Assembly: GCA_973895155.1 (NCBI GenBank)
Contig: OZ316897.1
Location: forward strand, 8,331,832 to 8,395,831
Reading direction: 5' to 3'
DNA: 64,000 nucleotides
DNA from: Marsupella aquatica
Lineage: Eukaryota; Plantae; Marchantiophyta
Part shown: positions 23,257-36,765 of the stretch, in pieces
Layout: each line of letters begins with the position of its first letter
Position numbering within the stretch: position 1 is the first letter of the stretch
Notes under the pieces: model-generated
What the model was told of the DNA's origin: nothing
Databases searched by the model: none
What the model saw: the letters and a program-made list of their open reading frames with translations, nothing else
Made by a program: the position numbers and the translations under genes

Positions 23257-24556
23257 GCTTGCGGGACTCCTCACCTTCGAGACTCCCTGCCAAAGATGAG
23301 AACGAAGCTTAGTGCTATCACTTTTGCAAACATTGCATGGGGAGAACGGCTGTTGGAAATAGTACAGGTTCCTCCTATCGACTAAGTCTACCCTCCTAAG
23401 ATCTAAGCTACCCAAGCCTCATTTCGGCATCGGGAAGCCGGATGGGGATTCCTGTTAGCTGTCAGTGCACCTCTCAGCTGATCAAGCTCTCTAGAACCTA
23501 GGTGAAAGAATGTAGCACTGTCGTCTATTCAGCGAGCTCTAGGCAGAAACGTCCATCCATAATTTTCCACGGACAGTTAATTTAAGCTATTGAATCGTGG
23601 GGGGCCATCACGGCAACTTACACAGCCAGAGGGTCCATCAAGCATATACCTCGCATTACATCTAGCAACAATAGGAACTGAGTGAGCTGCAACAATACTA
23701 ACTAAGCCTGTATCAACAAAGCTACTTCAGCTGCTGCAAGTAAGGATAACGTTCACAGCATTACGCTACTTCAGCTGCTGCAAGTAAGGATAACGTTCAC
23801 AGCATTACCTCTGGCAGCGACGTGGGCTGAGCTGCAACAATATTTGGCCTGAGTGTGTCAAATCACGAACTTCCTTCCGAGTTCCATCAGTCACAGCACA
23901 ACCTTCCTTGATCCTCAGTCACCGTGTTCTCTCTTTCCAGTGAAACAGCGAGCAGAAGAAGACCACAAGCTGTGATCGAGGCTTGGCGTGGAGAAAAAAC
24001 TTCAGCTCTCTCTCGACTCATCAGTCTCAGAACACAAGCTGTGAGGCTCGGCTTGGAGAGAAAGCTTCGTCTCTCTCTCCACTCATCAGTCTCTCGGAGC
24101 CTAAATTTGCTAGAAAGGTCGACCCAGACTTGAATAATAGGAGCAGCATCCACATCGAGCCGCAAACTGGCATCCTTTTCACAGCTTTACCACGGCGTCT
24201 TGCCTTGTGTGGCACACACGGCCCCACACGGCCGCGCACAGGAAGAAGAGCGATCCTTCTCTTAAAATAGCAACAAACAAAATCTGCTAATTATCAACCG
24301 ACCTCTCATAATTCATGAAGCCAGCCACGAGGACATTCAGAGCATGGCAGGGTGGTGCCAGGCAACTGGTCCAGGGGGAACAAAGCCCATCTCAGGCGAA
24401 GATAACACTCGAGATTCCTGGGGCCCAAAATTGAGAGACGTCACTTCCATTGGAGTCTGCATTAATTTGTATCGAGTTATTATCATCAGTGCGCAAGTGA
24501 AACGCCGAAATTTGCTGGGATGAATGCAAGACTGTCCGTCAGCTGAAACCGCAGTC

Positions 24557-25150
24557 GTCTCTCTCTAAGTGCACACAATAAAAGTGCCAACCACTGGCTA
24601 ATTGCAAGGGGTCCCTTGCTTTCCTATTTACTTTTACCATTTTGCTATTTATTTGCGGTTTTCAGGTAGTAACACTCAATCCCCTGGCTAAGTGAAAGGG
24701 GTCCCTTGCTTCCCTGGTCTCTCTAAGTGCACACAATACAAGTGCCAACCACTTGCTAATTGCAAGCGTGCTTCCCTATTTTCTTTACCATTTGCTGTTT
24801 ATTTGCGGTTTTCAGATAGTAACACTCAAACCCTGGCTAATTGCAAGGGGTCCCTTGCTTCCCTGGACTCGCTAAGTGCACACAATACAAGTGCCAACCA
24901 CTGGCTAATTGCGAGGGGTCCCGTGCTTCCCTATTTTCTTTACCATTTTGCTGTTTTATTTGCGGTTTTCAGATAGTAACACTCAAACCGTTGGCTAATT
25001 GCAATGGGTCCCTTGCTTCCCTGTTTTCTACCATTGTGGATTTATATGCAGTTTTCAAATAGTAACACTCAAACCCCTGGCTAATTGCGAGGGGTCCCTT
25101 GCTTTCTAGTATTTCTACCATTTTGGAGTCTATTTGCGGTTCCCTAATAG
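24557..25150. repeat. Tandem repeat of ~155-bp units (3 copies) plus ~80-bp subunits
   Basis: CTAAGTGCACACAATA(A/C)AAGTGCCAACCACT occurs three times. GGCTAATTGC(A/G)AGGGGTCCCTTGCTT and GCGGTTTTCAGATAGTAACACTCAAACCC recur repeatedly. Confidence 0.9.
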
Positions 25151-26042
25151 TTCACTCTGTTTATAGGGCATTGTGGGTCATCATGCCCTGAGACATGGAC
25201 TTTGGCTGTAGTTTTAGGGGCTAATGGTGCCCCTAATGGTAATACGTATTAGTCTGTGATGGATAGGAAGAAAATAATCAGTAAGAGGATGTCCTTCCAT
25301 CTCAGGTTGGAGAGTCCATCTAGGTTTGACAATCAACCTGCCAATCTATGGGAGCTTTGTTTTCTACAGACTATTATTCTATAATTGATTGTTAATTTAA
25401 AAAATGATGTCTACATTGAAATCCTTAGAATATTTGCAAACCCTCAAAACTCTTTGGAGATTTAACAAACACTAAAATATATGGTATGAGCTTTTCAGCG
25501 GACCCATGTTTTCATCCTCCTTCGTAAGGTTGAGGCAGTTGGTTTTAGAAGTCTCAAGGCAGGTTTCACTTGGTCACCCTCCTATGCACTTCACTCCAGA
25601 GTTCTACCAGGCTTTTCAGTTCTCCGTTCAGTAGAGTGTTACCCTTCACACTTCTTTTGTAGGTTACTTTTTGGTCTTTGTTCCTTCATGGGCTTTTGGT
25701 TGGGGACCCTTGCCATGTTTTTTCTTGGGGCCTTGCTCCTCTTTTCCTCCCCTTCATTGCGCTGCTTTGTCATTGGGATCATGTCTCCAGTTCGTTATTT
25801 TTTGCCCTTGGGCATTGTGGTATGTGAGATACAAAGGCTGAATAATTATCTAATAGAATGAACTTGGCTCCAAGACAAAATCTAGCCGTAGGTGAGCACC
25901 GGGCAGTGTAGTTGTCACCTCAAAATTTGAAGAAAAAAACAGGGTTCCTTTCCATCCACCTGCCATATTCGAATACGTCCATGATTCCATGTGATGCCTT
26001 ATTACTACTTGTGAGCTGTTTTTTAGTGTGCCCCCAAAGTGT

Positions 26043-26190
26043 ACCTCATTTAAAAGTCTTCTGCGCTTTGGCAAAATTCCACCTCATTGAAAAGTCTTCT
26101 CCACTTTGGGCCCAAACTCCACCTCATTAAGTCTTTTCCACTTTGGGTCGAAACTCCACCTCATTGAAAAGTTCTCTCCACTTTTGGCCG
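26043..26190. repeat. Minisatellite, ~38-40 bp x 4
   Basis: CCACCTCATT(GAA)AAGTCTTCTCCACTTTGG units. Confidence 0.85.
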
Positions 26191-28478
26191 AATCTTTTTT
26201 TGTAGGGTCACCCATGATCCCAAGGGGTTAAAACAATGAGCACAAGTGGCCATGGGTTCATGAGCCTAACCCTTGAGTGTAGTTTTTGCTTTATTGGTTA
26301 ACCCTTGTGGCAGGCTAGCCATGGGTCCCAAAATCTCATGTTCACAAACAAGAATGGTTGGTTATGGAAGAAGAACCAAACATGACTTCTCATGTTTGAG
26401 GCGAGGCCAAAAAAAAACAATTTCACTCCGTAACTGTAAACCCATGGAGTATTGAAAAGTAACAATTTAAATACTATTTACAAAATGGGGTAAAACAGGG
26501 AAAAAGAAAAAACCTTTGGATGTATTGTGATTTTTATATCACTGTTTTCCAGTCAAATTGTCTAAATTTTTTAATTAATTGGAAATTTTCTGATATTCCA
26601 AATTTATCCCAATAATTTACCCTAAGCCAACTTGAACTAAGCTGACTAGATTGAAGTCGATACTCAAATTCAAGATTAATCCTTGCAGTTTTTCATTTAT
26701 CTTCATTTAATTATATTAAATGGGCTAAGAGATATGAAGGAAAGCTAGGAAATCTTGAGGTACATAATTTCATCAGTTATGGGTCATCTTGACCTAAGCT
26801 TTGGTGAATCTCAGCTTTGCAGCTGAGCTGTGCTCAATCTGGGTTAGCCTTGTCCAGATTTGAGTACAGAAAAGAATGTCAAAAATCTCAATTTCCCTCC
26901 TCCCAAACCAATGTTTTTACCATATGCCGTGTTGTATGGGCAAGGGGTAATCTCAGCTGACCTCAAGGAAATTAGCGTCTATACTTTACAAACACAATAG
27001 CAAAAAATCAATTCTTCAAATTTAAAATGTTGTTGACATGGCAACTCGGCAGCGTCTCTGAAATGATGTGCCCACTAATTTTAGTTGAGTGATGAACCAT
27101 ATTGATAAGGGACTATATTGTTATGCTTGAGAAATCTATAGTAAGAGTTTGAGCTCGAATTAAGTAACAGGTTGGTAATAAGTTCTTGATCTAAGTGGGT
27201 GCTTTGAACAGACAACATTGGAGCCTTTCTATGTGTCACTTCCAAAGGAGGAACCAAGAGGGACATGGAAGTCTTTTGGTGACATGGGAAAAACTGCTAA
27301 GTGAATATAAATTTTCATGCCAAGACCCTATGGTGAGAGGGGAAATGGCCAATTGACAGGGATAACAGCCTAGTGAAACAAAAGGTCCCAACGAACAATA
27401 TACATTTTGTGTCAGATACACCAAGTGAGACCACACTGTCATCCAACCTTGGCCAGATTAAGATCCAAACTGTACAATACAAAAACCCCAACAAAGGGTT
27501 GCAACAAAAACAATGTACATTTAACCAATGAGTATGACCTGCTTGTGGGCTACCTTACAGAGGCTCGTGCTCCAGAGTTGATTGCCTATCCTCTGTTGGA
27601 TGGGTCAACTTTCAGGATAAAAATATCCATTTTGTGTACATTTTCATCCAGCCTTGGCCCAATTAACATTCATTCAATAAAACACAAAACCCAATCAGTC
27701 TCTAATATGGGAGGATCTGAAAAGATCAACAATTTTTTCTTATTTTGCTCATCAGTAATTTTTACTTTTTAGAAAAAAAAACAAATTCCAACTTCCAAAA
27801 CATTCACAATACAGAGTAGATTTACATCTTGAGTATTCAATGCAACAAAATAAAGCCCAATTCCTCGCCGAATAATACACTGCAGAATTTGAATGGATCA
27901 CCACTATTATCCCTTTGAGTCATCAGCAAATCTGAAAGAACTTACACGAAATTTCCAGATTAATTTTCCAAACAGGAAAAACACCAAACAAGGAAAACGA
28001 AAAGTAAATCTGACCGTTGAATATAAAAACAAAAACCCCGACTCCCAAAACATTCCAAGCTACAGGGTAGACTATTATCTTTACCCTTCAATACCAAAAT
28101 AACAAAAACGCAATATAGCAGCCTCGAAAAACGCAATTTGTCTCGAAGGATTCACTGCAGGATTCGGAAAGATAACATATTGACTCATCAGCAAATATTT
28201 ACCATGCACAGAAAAAGAAAACCCAACTCCCAAAACATTCCTAAAAAAACGGCGTAGAAAGTTTCCCATCTTGCCTGCAATATGAGAGAAATGGGAGAGA
28301 GAGAGAATCTTTTGATGCGAAGAGTGGGGCAGGACCAGGTGTCACTCAGAGTGATTGACTGGTTTGGGTAGGGGTAACTTATTAGGGTTTCCTGGTGTCT
28401 CAGGTGACGAATCTCAAGTTACTATCTTAAAAATATTCGTTATCTAATTTTGAAATGACAAATTTATGTCCTAAAGTT

Positions 28479-28641
28479 CCCTAGATTCAAGGATGGTAGT
28501 CAGATTCTGGTTAGGTGGGAAATTGGCCAAGCACCATGGTTAGGTGAGAAACTGGCTAATACAAAACAATGTTTTTGCCAAGTGGGGAAAACTTTCCAGC
28601 TCGAAGGAATTGGGCAAACTTTTGCCACTAAAAAACCGCTG
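28479..28641. mobile_element. Second copy of the dispersed repeat family seen at 6449-6703
   Basis: CCTAGATTCAAGGATG..AGATTCTGGTTA..GGTGAGA.ACTGGCTAAT..TTTTTGCCAA..GGCAAACTTTTGCCACTAAAAAACCGCTG. Confidence 0.6.
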
Positions 28642-28729
28642 GTTGTAGATCCAGTCAAGAAAATGAGTAGTGAGGTGCTCTCAGGATTGCAGAGCTCAGC
28701 TAGTCCAGGTGCACGTTACCCTTGATGTA

Positions 28730-29111
28730 GACCATCTCCAAACATTATTACAGTTGGTTACAGTAAGGACTAAATACCCAGTCTCACCACATCCTTTCTA
28801 TAGTTTAGTGTAAGTAGCTGTCTTAGTAGAATGGAAATCAGCCCCAACCCTTACTGGATAATTTTCCTTCACATTAGAAATCAGTTTTCACAGAACAGAT
28901 CAAATTTTTACAGCCCTGCAACAAATCCAGTAGAAATTCATAATTTTATATTGTCTTCCAAATTCAAATTAAGCAGCCAGAAAATCCAGAGCCTGAAAGT
29001 TAATAGATTACTTGGAATGGGTTGGACATCTTTTTTTGTATTTTAGTTACTTGGTTTGATCAACACCCAGTTATGATGAGGGCTGAGGCTTTCCAAGGGC
29101 TGGAGATGCTT
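28730..29111. mobile_element. Degenerate Tourist-like MITE
   Basis: GACCATCTCCA ... TGGAGATGCTT inverted ends ~380 bp apart; the TSD is not clean. Confidence 0.45.
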
Positions 29112-29822
29112 TTCGCAATTTTGAATCACTGACGTTTGAACTCTCACCCCAATTTAGAGGGAATAAAAGAAATTGTTGCAAGGGTAATCAATGTTGTTGG
29201 CACTTATCTTGTCATTGTCACTTATTTGCAGTTTTTCAAATTTCCAGATTTCCGTTCTCATAACCTACCCTCCAAAATGTTTGAACAGTATTCACACCTA
29301 CAATAAATTCAACCCACTGTGATAAATGTTATTGGTTAAATGTTGAACTTGCAGGCTTTCCACTGTGATAAAGGTTATTGGTTAAATGTTGAACTTGCAG
29401 GCTTTCCTTAAAAGAGGAAAAGATATTGGTTAAATGTTGAACCTGCGGGTTTTCCTTACAAGAGGAAAAGATCTACTCCTGTAACTTTTTATGTGAGGTT
29501 CCAATAAATCTTGGGTTACAGGAATACATTATCCTGTTGAGTTTTGAGACCCCTAATGGGGCACCAGCCATGGGAGATGGATTTACAAAGTTTGTCATTC
29601 AATGGCCAGATTGCTAAATAACCTATCGAGGCCAGTCTACACTACTGTTTCCTTTCTCTTATGTATGCCCTATCTCTTGTGCTACGCTTTTGAGGTTCAG
29701 ATAATAAACTGCTGTTCCAAGTCTGCCCAAACCTTTCGGCAATGGATCCCCCCACACTAGATGAATTAATTTATTGGTGCATCTCATTTCCTACGCCTTG
29801 GGGTCAGCATTTACCCTGTGGA

Positions 29823-30163
29823 ATGACAATTGAATGTCCAGATAGACCTCGTAACATGAAATGTGAGCTGACAATTGAATGTCCAGATAGACCTCGTAAC
29901 ATGAAATGTGAGCTGATCTATCGATTGAATGTCCAGATAGACCTCGTAACATGAAATGTGAGCTGATCTATCGAGCTCACTTCCAGGAAACCTCGATGGA
30001 AGATCCCTAGTGTTGGTTGAATTCTCTGAATGAACATCATCACATTGCATTGAATTGAGATTTAGCTGATCTATCGAGCTCACTTCCAGGAAACCTCGAT
30101 CCAAGATCCCTAGTGTTGGCTGAATTCTCTGAATGAACATCATCAAATTGCATTGAATTGAGA
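29823..30163. repeat. Nested tandem duplications (~45-55 bp x 3, then ~107 bp x 2)
   Basis: ATTGAATGTCCAGATAGACCTCGTAACATGAAATGTGAGCTGA occurs three times. AGCTGATCTATCGAGCTCACTTCCAGGAAACCTCGAT..AAGATCCCTAGTGTTGG.TGAATTCTCTGAATGAACATCATCA.ATTGCATTGAATTGAGA occurs twice. Confidence 0.9.
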
Positions 30164-31903
30164 CTACTGAAAGTGTAATCTATCTCTCATGCATTGACAC
30201 TTCACCTTGGGGACATTTTTTATTAGGTCAGCTTTTGTTCGCTCAGCAAACAATTGATGCTGATAACTTAGTGTAGAGACGAACGAATGGGTGGACAGAA
30301 ATTCTAAGAAACTGCATAGAAAGCGGGACACCCAGAGGAGGATTTCTTTCTACGAGAACCGATTTCAAGGAAACATTCAATCTCATCCAAAGTTTGTTAT
30401 CACCCATAACAGGTCAACAGGTAGAGAAATGAAACAGCAGGCCTAGATGACTTCCACGAGGGATTATTTGATAAAAACCTTGAATCTCAGCGAACGATTT
30501 CTATAAGTCAACCCTTACAAACATTTGACAACTGATCTAGATGGCGTTGGGCTTCTACGATCCCGGCTAAGGCAAATATATCGTTGATGATTACATCACT
30601 CTGAATTCACTGACGAAATGATGCCTGCGTTCACCTGAGAAATTTCAAGAACACTTGGTTTGGTCGACTCTACCTTGAGACAATGCCCATTTCATCCAGT
30701 GAGTCCGCCTTTTTAATAGTTCCACTCTTCAAAGACATGAACGCAGTTGAGAGATTCATGAGAGAAGCTGTTGCCAGATGAGTCCCGTCTACCGTAGCAT
30801 TTAACCCCTCTCGCATAACCCAGTTTACCTTGTTCATTTCCATGAAGTAATCGGTCGATAGATAGAGTTGCGGTCGATAGTGCTTTGATACAACAGCATA
30901 GGCCCCCAGAAGCTCTCGTTTAGTTTATTTTCAACTTTTGTACTACACAAGCTGTTGCCTGACAATATTGTGTTGCCTGACAATATTGTGGTATTCTCTC
31001 TAATGCGTTTTGTTCATTGGACATCCTTCTCTACAAACTGGATAAGAAATCAAGGAAATGAACTTCTATTTGGTCCCTCTTCTTAAGGTACTCACCAGAC
31101 CTAAAACCGCAAACGGCGTTGACTGTACTAAGCTTCCACAACGTACTCCAGTAGTTTATCGTTCATGCATCGGCTATCCAATCCACGGTAACCCATTACA
31201 GCACAAAAGTAGAGCACAATAAATATGCATGCATGCCGTTGGTTCTAAAACTACCAAGACATCCTTCACGAGACGCTCTTCAGGGTTTGGTGATCAGCAG
31301 GGAAAAATCATCAGACAACGCTCTCCAGGTCTGGCTCCTCCGCTTGCAGTGTTTCAACGGATCGATGATAAGGAAAACCCCTTGACAACAGATCAGGTTT
31401 CTATTCCAGCGATGGACATCACACCATCACATGTCATTGCCCTCGAAGCACATGAAAACGAACAAAAACGCAGACTGCGTGATCAGCTGGGCAAAACAGA
31501 GTCACTGCCACCTTCCTTGCTCGACTTCTCAAACATACTGCAAAGAGGGCACACTTTTCAACCTGGGTATGTCATGCCGCTAGCAGTTATGCACAAATCC
31601 AGGTTGACAAGTGCGCCTGTTTGCAAAGTTTGCACTGAAACATTCACGAAATGCTCTCCAAATCTACAGTGGCTCCTCTCTTGCATCGATTCCACGAACT
31701 GAAGACAATGAACAAACATTGATACAAGATCCGGTCTCAGAACTAACTCCTTCCTGGGTGTCCATGTGTGCACGAATCCAGGTTGGCAAGTAAGACTGTT
31801 TGCAGTGTTTGAACCAAGAGAACACAAACCATGGATCGCAGCTCTCAGCTGGAGGTGGAAGTATCTAATAAGTGTCTCTTTACAACGAGCACCACACTTT
31901 GAA

Positions 31904-32003
31904 GCCAAAAAGTAGACTGACCTAACACAACTCCGTTCGTTCGTTTCAGAAGTGCCAAAAAGTAGACTGACCTAACACAACTCCGTTCGTTCGTTTCAGA
32001 AGT
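31904..32003. repeat. Tandem duplication, ~50 bp x 2
   Basis: GCCAAAAAGTAGACTGACCTAACACAACTCCGTTCGTTCGTTTCAGAAGT occurs twice. Confidence 0.9.
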
Positions 32004-32205
32004 GGTCCCATAGCTCGGACAGTCTGTTTCACGAACGTTTCTGGTGACGAGAATGTTTCTAGCCAGTTCTCACAAAACACAACCCTCAAACCCGAAACCC
32101 TAGATTGAGTTTATCCTAAAGTAGGGGTCAGGTGGCCAAAATCATTCCGCCCAAGTGTGGTAGGAGCCTTAAAAAATGATGATGTTGAAATGCCCAGAGG
32201 GTGAC

Positions 32206-34012
32206 CATTCAAGGAGACGAGTCCCTGCATTGTCATTCAATGCACCTCGATTCTCTCCCAGAGCCCACCGGAATACTCTCTCCATTTTTTTTTGTCTCAC
32301 TCCAGTTTCAGGCCAGCCCCATTTTTGGATCCAGGTTCAGTTTTGAGGAGGGCACAAATTTTTGAGGAGTTCTAATGCTTGACGTTTTTAACTTATTCAA
32401 AAATGACATAAAACTATAATATATATTTTAAGATAAAATATTAAATATTAAATGGTAATGAGTATGGAGAATTGACGCATAGAAGTAGTGTGTGAGCTAG
32501 TGGTATTGGAGGTCAGTTGAGACTAGGAGGTGGTGTGTTCAAGGCACATGACAGGCAACTTTTCTTTTCTTTGATTGAGGGCATGGAAAGGAATGAAAGT
32601 TAGAGGGGCGGGGGTGCCTAATTGTATTTGAAAATGGAAATGGTAAATGAAATATATATGAGGGGTTCAAGTAATTTTGGAGATAGAAAAAATAACAAAA
32701 GAGACACCCATCAAAGCCAGGCATAAAAATTAAAATAATGTCCAAACAAATTGGACTTGGGGATATGAACCAAGGATACGCCATATAGCAGCAACAGAAA
32801 AGTTGAGGAGACATGATCACATAAAAAACCATTTATCTCCTAAATCATTCATGGTAAGCACACATCTAATTGTATAAGAAGCAAAACTTTATTCATGAAA
32901 TTTGTTTTCAAATCAATAGAAAACCTAGAAGCCAATGGCAGTCTACCACCCTACAATTAATCACTCAATCACACATCTTTTCTACATACAAGGTTGGAAA
33001 TAGTCTAAGTTGGCTACCCTGGAAAGCAAGTCTACCAAAGGTGCTGTGCTTGACACATTTGTCAAGACACTCAAAGAATTAAGACCCATGATTGCACCAA
33101 TTCCTTGCAAGCTTTAAAAAACCTGTCAATTGGAGCACACTTCTCAATCCTGGCCCTGTTGTCTTCTCTACCACACACTTTTGGACTCGCTTCATAGGGG
33201 CCTTCTGTTGGGTTGGTTTTTGTGCCTTTTTCAAGGGGCTTTCTTTTGTCTTACTGGTTTCTCAGGTTGTTGCACAAGGCCTTTCTTCTCCTGTGAACAC
33301 CACCTCTAATATTGTTTGCCTTTTGACTTCTAACCTCTTTTGTTGGCTTCTCACGCTAACCTCTTTTGTTGGATTCTTCCTAAAACTGAAAGCAACTACC
33401 CCACCAGGAACATGATTGGCATCTCACAACAATGGGCAGGTACAAGAAATTAACAAAATAGGTTAATTTATCTCCCTGGCTCTCATGGGTGTTTCCTTTG
33501 TTATTTTTGCTATCTCCAAATTACTTGAAACCCCCATATATATCTCATTTACCATTTCCATTTTCAAATACAATTAGACACCCTCGCCCCCTCATTCCTT
33601 TCCATGCCCTCAATCAAAGAAAAGAAAAGTTGCCCATTGTGTGCCTTGAACACGCCACATCATAGTCTCAACTGACCTCCAATGCGACTAGGTCACCCAC
33701 TACTTCTGTGCATCAATTCTCCATGCTCATTACCATTTAATCTTTTATAATTATTTTTTATTTTTTATTAACAAATATATTGATATTTTTAAAATTGATA
33801 TTATAGTTTTACATTATTTGTGAATAAGTTAAAACCATCAAACATTAGAATTCCTCAAAAATCTGTGTCCTCCTCAAAACTGAACCGGGACCCAAAAATG
33901 GGGCTAGCCTGAAACTAAAGTGAGACACAAAAATGGAGAGAGTATTCCCGTGGACTATGGGGGAGAATCGAGGTGCATTGAATGACAATGCAGGGACTCG
34001 TCTCCCTGAATG
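32206..34012. mobile_element. Non-autonomous foldback / Mutator-like element with ~520-bp terminal inverted repeats
   Basis: 32206-~32721 is the reverse complement (with divergence) of ~33475-34012. Ends are CATTCAAGGAGACGAGTCCCTGCATTGTCATTCAATGCACCTCGATTCTC and GAGAATCGAGGTGCATTGAATGACAATGCAGGGACTCGTCTCCCTGAATG. The interior is ~750 bp and non-coding. Confidence 0.85.
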
Positions 34013-34214
34013 TTGTGACCCATCTCAAACCTAAACCCCTAGATTAAGTTTGCCCTAAAGTAGGGGCCAGGTCACCAAAAATCATTCAGCCATATGTGAT
34101 AGCAGCCTTAAAAAATTGATGATGTTGAGGGTGTGTTGTGACCCATCTCAAACCAAAAACCCTAGATTAATTTGTGCTATAGTAGGGGTCAGGTCAGGGT
34201 GGCAGAGGGAAATT

Positions 34215-36765
34215 TTGCGCAGTAGCTGACTGAAAATAGTGGAAACAGTTGGTTTAAGAGGCCCTAACTTTTAGGACAAAAATCTAACTAATAAACGCAA
34301 TCAAAAGTTGGGACTATGTACTAGAGTGAACCTCTCTAGACCGGGACTCTAACTGCATTCATAAATGAAAATGAAGGTACACACAAAAAACAGGGATGAA
34401 GGCAAAGATGAACAGTAAATAGCATGGGATACTTTTTTTCCAAGGGTTTGTTTTGGCCTCATCTCTAATCATGTAGTAGTGCTAGTATGACACAGTCCAC
34501 CATATCTAACTGCAGGCTCTGTGGAATACACCCCAAGCCTGTACTTATCCACTCTATGCACTATGTTATAAGTGCAAGGATGTCATTTATGAACTTCTCC
34601 ACATGAGCATTTGCACTACCCAATAAGTGCATGAAAAAATTGCTTATTCACTTCTTCATAATTTTGTATGGTTAGGACACACATATGGGACTCCTTGTAC
34701 CTCCAGTGCTCATATTACACAATCCAAAACTACTCTATGTAATTGTCTGCTCCACTTCTTGGTGAATGTTTCTTATGTGTGAATTGTTTTCACTGATAAA
34801 TGCATGTCTACTCTCATAGACAAAATGCAGTTGCATTTTTGTCATTAGTGCCGGTCAACTTGCATTATGCAAACTGGATTTGTGGTGTTTTTTTTTCAGG
34901 AAATCATGTAATATTAGGGGATACATGACCGACCTGCACTTAACACTGAATGCATTACATACACTGCATGTATGCATTTTGAACTGTATATGCAGGCTGA
35001 AAACAGGTAGCAGTGGCAGCCACCAAGGATCAGGTATGTCTACTTGCAAAGAGTGCTACACCCTTGTATTGTTCGTAGCACTAATTTCACAGTCACACTA
35101 ATCAGATAGTGACACTAGTAACTGTGAAGGGTGTAGTTTAATTAAAGGAAACAAAGGTGTTGTCTAGTCCTAACAAGTCAAACAAACAAATACTTAAACA
35201 GGATACGTTTCTTATCACTGTGACTTCATTCATATACAGTAATTTTCATCAAGGTGATTGTGCTTCTTGGTTAAGGGGGTCCATTAACAGATTAAATACC
35301 TGTTTGAATAGCACATTTATCCAGATTTCCTTATGCACGCATATTCTAAGCTTGAATCTTGAAACCTCCCCATTCTTTATTATTCTTGATCTCTTGGAGT
35401 CCATTTGTCCTGACCTTGCTTCATGCATTATTTCCCTCCATGATAGGATGCCAAGGAAGTCTGTCCCCCCCTACACTTCATTCTCATCCTGTGAACCTAC
35501 CCTGCCTCACCATTGTGCACTTCCCCAGGTTAGCCTCCAAGGGGACTTCATCCCTCCCAAAACATCCACTTATCTACGTACATTGATCAATTTTCTCGAG
35601 CAAAATCCAAAAAGTCGTGGTCTTAGAATGCATGTGAGCAACAAAGGAAACTCTTAGAGGAACAATATATATAGTTAGGGACAATATGTAATTGTAAAAT
35701 GTGCAAATCGAAGCTAACACTCTGTTGTTGTTCTAAAGGGAAACCGTTCTAGAGCAAGCATACAACTGGCTTGTGGATGGAGAAAACGGGTATTTTATAT
35801 CTAAATGCTATAATATATAAGGGGGTTTTGTAGGGCAGGAAGACTCCCTGGCTTTCAGATTATAGTGACATGTTTTTCTAACCTTGATAATTATTGGGCC
35901 CAAAGGTGCCACTGTGCACCTTTTTTCCACCCAACCCAACACTCTCCCCGCAGCTCGCTCACTCTTTGAAATCCAATTACCAGGTAGACTTGCCAACTCA
36001 CCATCTCACTTGCTTTCACACTTACTATTGACAATACTATGCAAGGCACAGAAATTTGACTAGCTGTTTATTATAATTCTTACAACTACCACAGCACAGG
36101 TGGAGCCCAAGATACGTTGAACCTGCATGACTCTGTTTGGAGCATAGCCATTTATAAACTGAGTTAGAAGAAAGCTATCAAGGCCACCCTTCCATTTTTA
36201 AGAGGTCTATGAAGGAGTGAACTTGGTAGGCTTTAGGTGCAATTATTGCTAGGATAAAATGAAATATAAAAATTAATTTAATTTTGAAGGGGAAATCTGT
36301 AACCCCATAGAAAGTGAACAGTCAATCACAACATTTGAACACTACACCAATGAGTCTCTCAGGGCCTGCTAGGATAAGATTAAATCTGCTCATGTCCAAG
36401 AGGGTTCCCTAAATCAATTTGCCTTTGGGATCATGTCTCCTGGATGCACACTTGTTGTTCTTTTACACATATACTAGCCTGATTACCCATTCTTTGAGTG
36501 TAAATAGAGATGATGACAACAAAAACCTTGTAGAAACAAGGATTTCATGCTATTTCTTTTTGGTCCGTACCCTCATTTTCATTTATGCTCTCACTTAGCA
36601 ACCATCTAGAGGTTCCAATCTAGATCCTAGGCCAGGGAATAACTGTTGATTGCGCTCTACTAGTTATATATAATTTAGTAACTTTTGATTGCACTCTACT
36701 AGGTAGATATAATTTGTTTGAAGTCTATAAGGCATGGTCTATCCATTCATCTAGGCGCAATATTT
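34215..36765. mobile_element. Old degenerate long-TIR (MULE-like) element
   Basis: Inverted matches: GCAATCAAAAGTT (~34297) with AACTTTTGATTGC (~36680); CATAAATGAAAATGAAGGTAC (~34360) with GTACCCTCATTTTCATTTATG (~36567); AAATAGCATG with CATGCTATTT. A weak SWIM-like remnant CKCSCGEVHK*HPC lies on the minus strand near 34570-34615. Confidence 0.5.

Noticed and set aside
23257-23415. 53-aa N-terminal extension of GT34 from a TTG start
   Set aside because: Non-AUG start with no GT34 similarity; the ATG at 23256 gives a normal type II topology.
9156-30163. Short tandem arrays as possible CRISPR-like loci
   Set aside because: Eukaryotic context; the units are head-to-tail duplications without unique spacers, and there are no cas genes.
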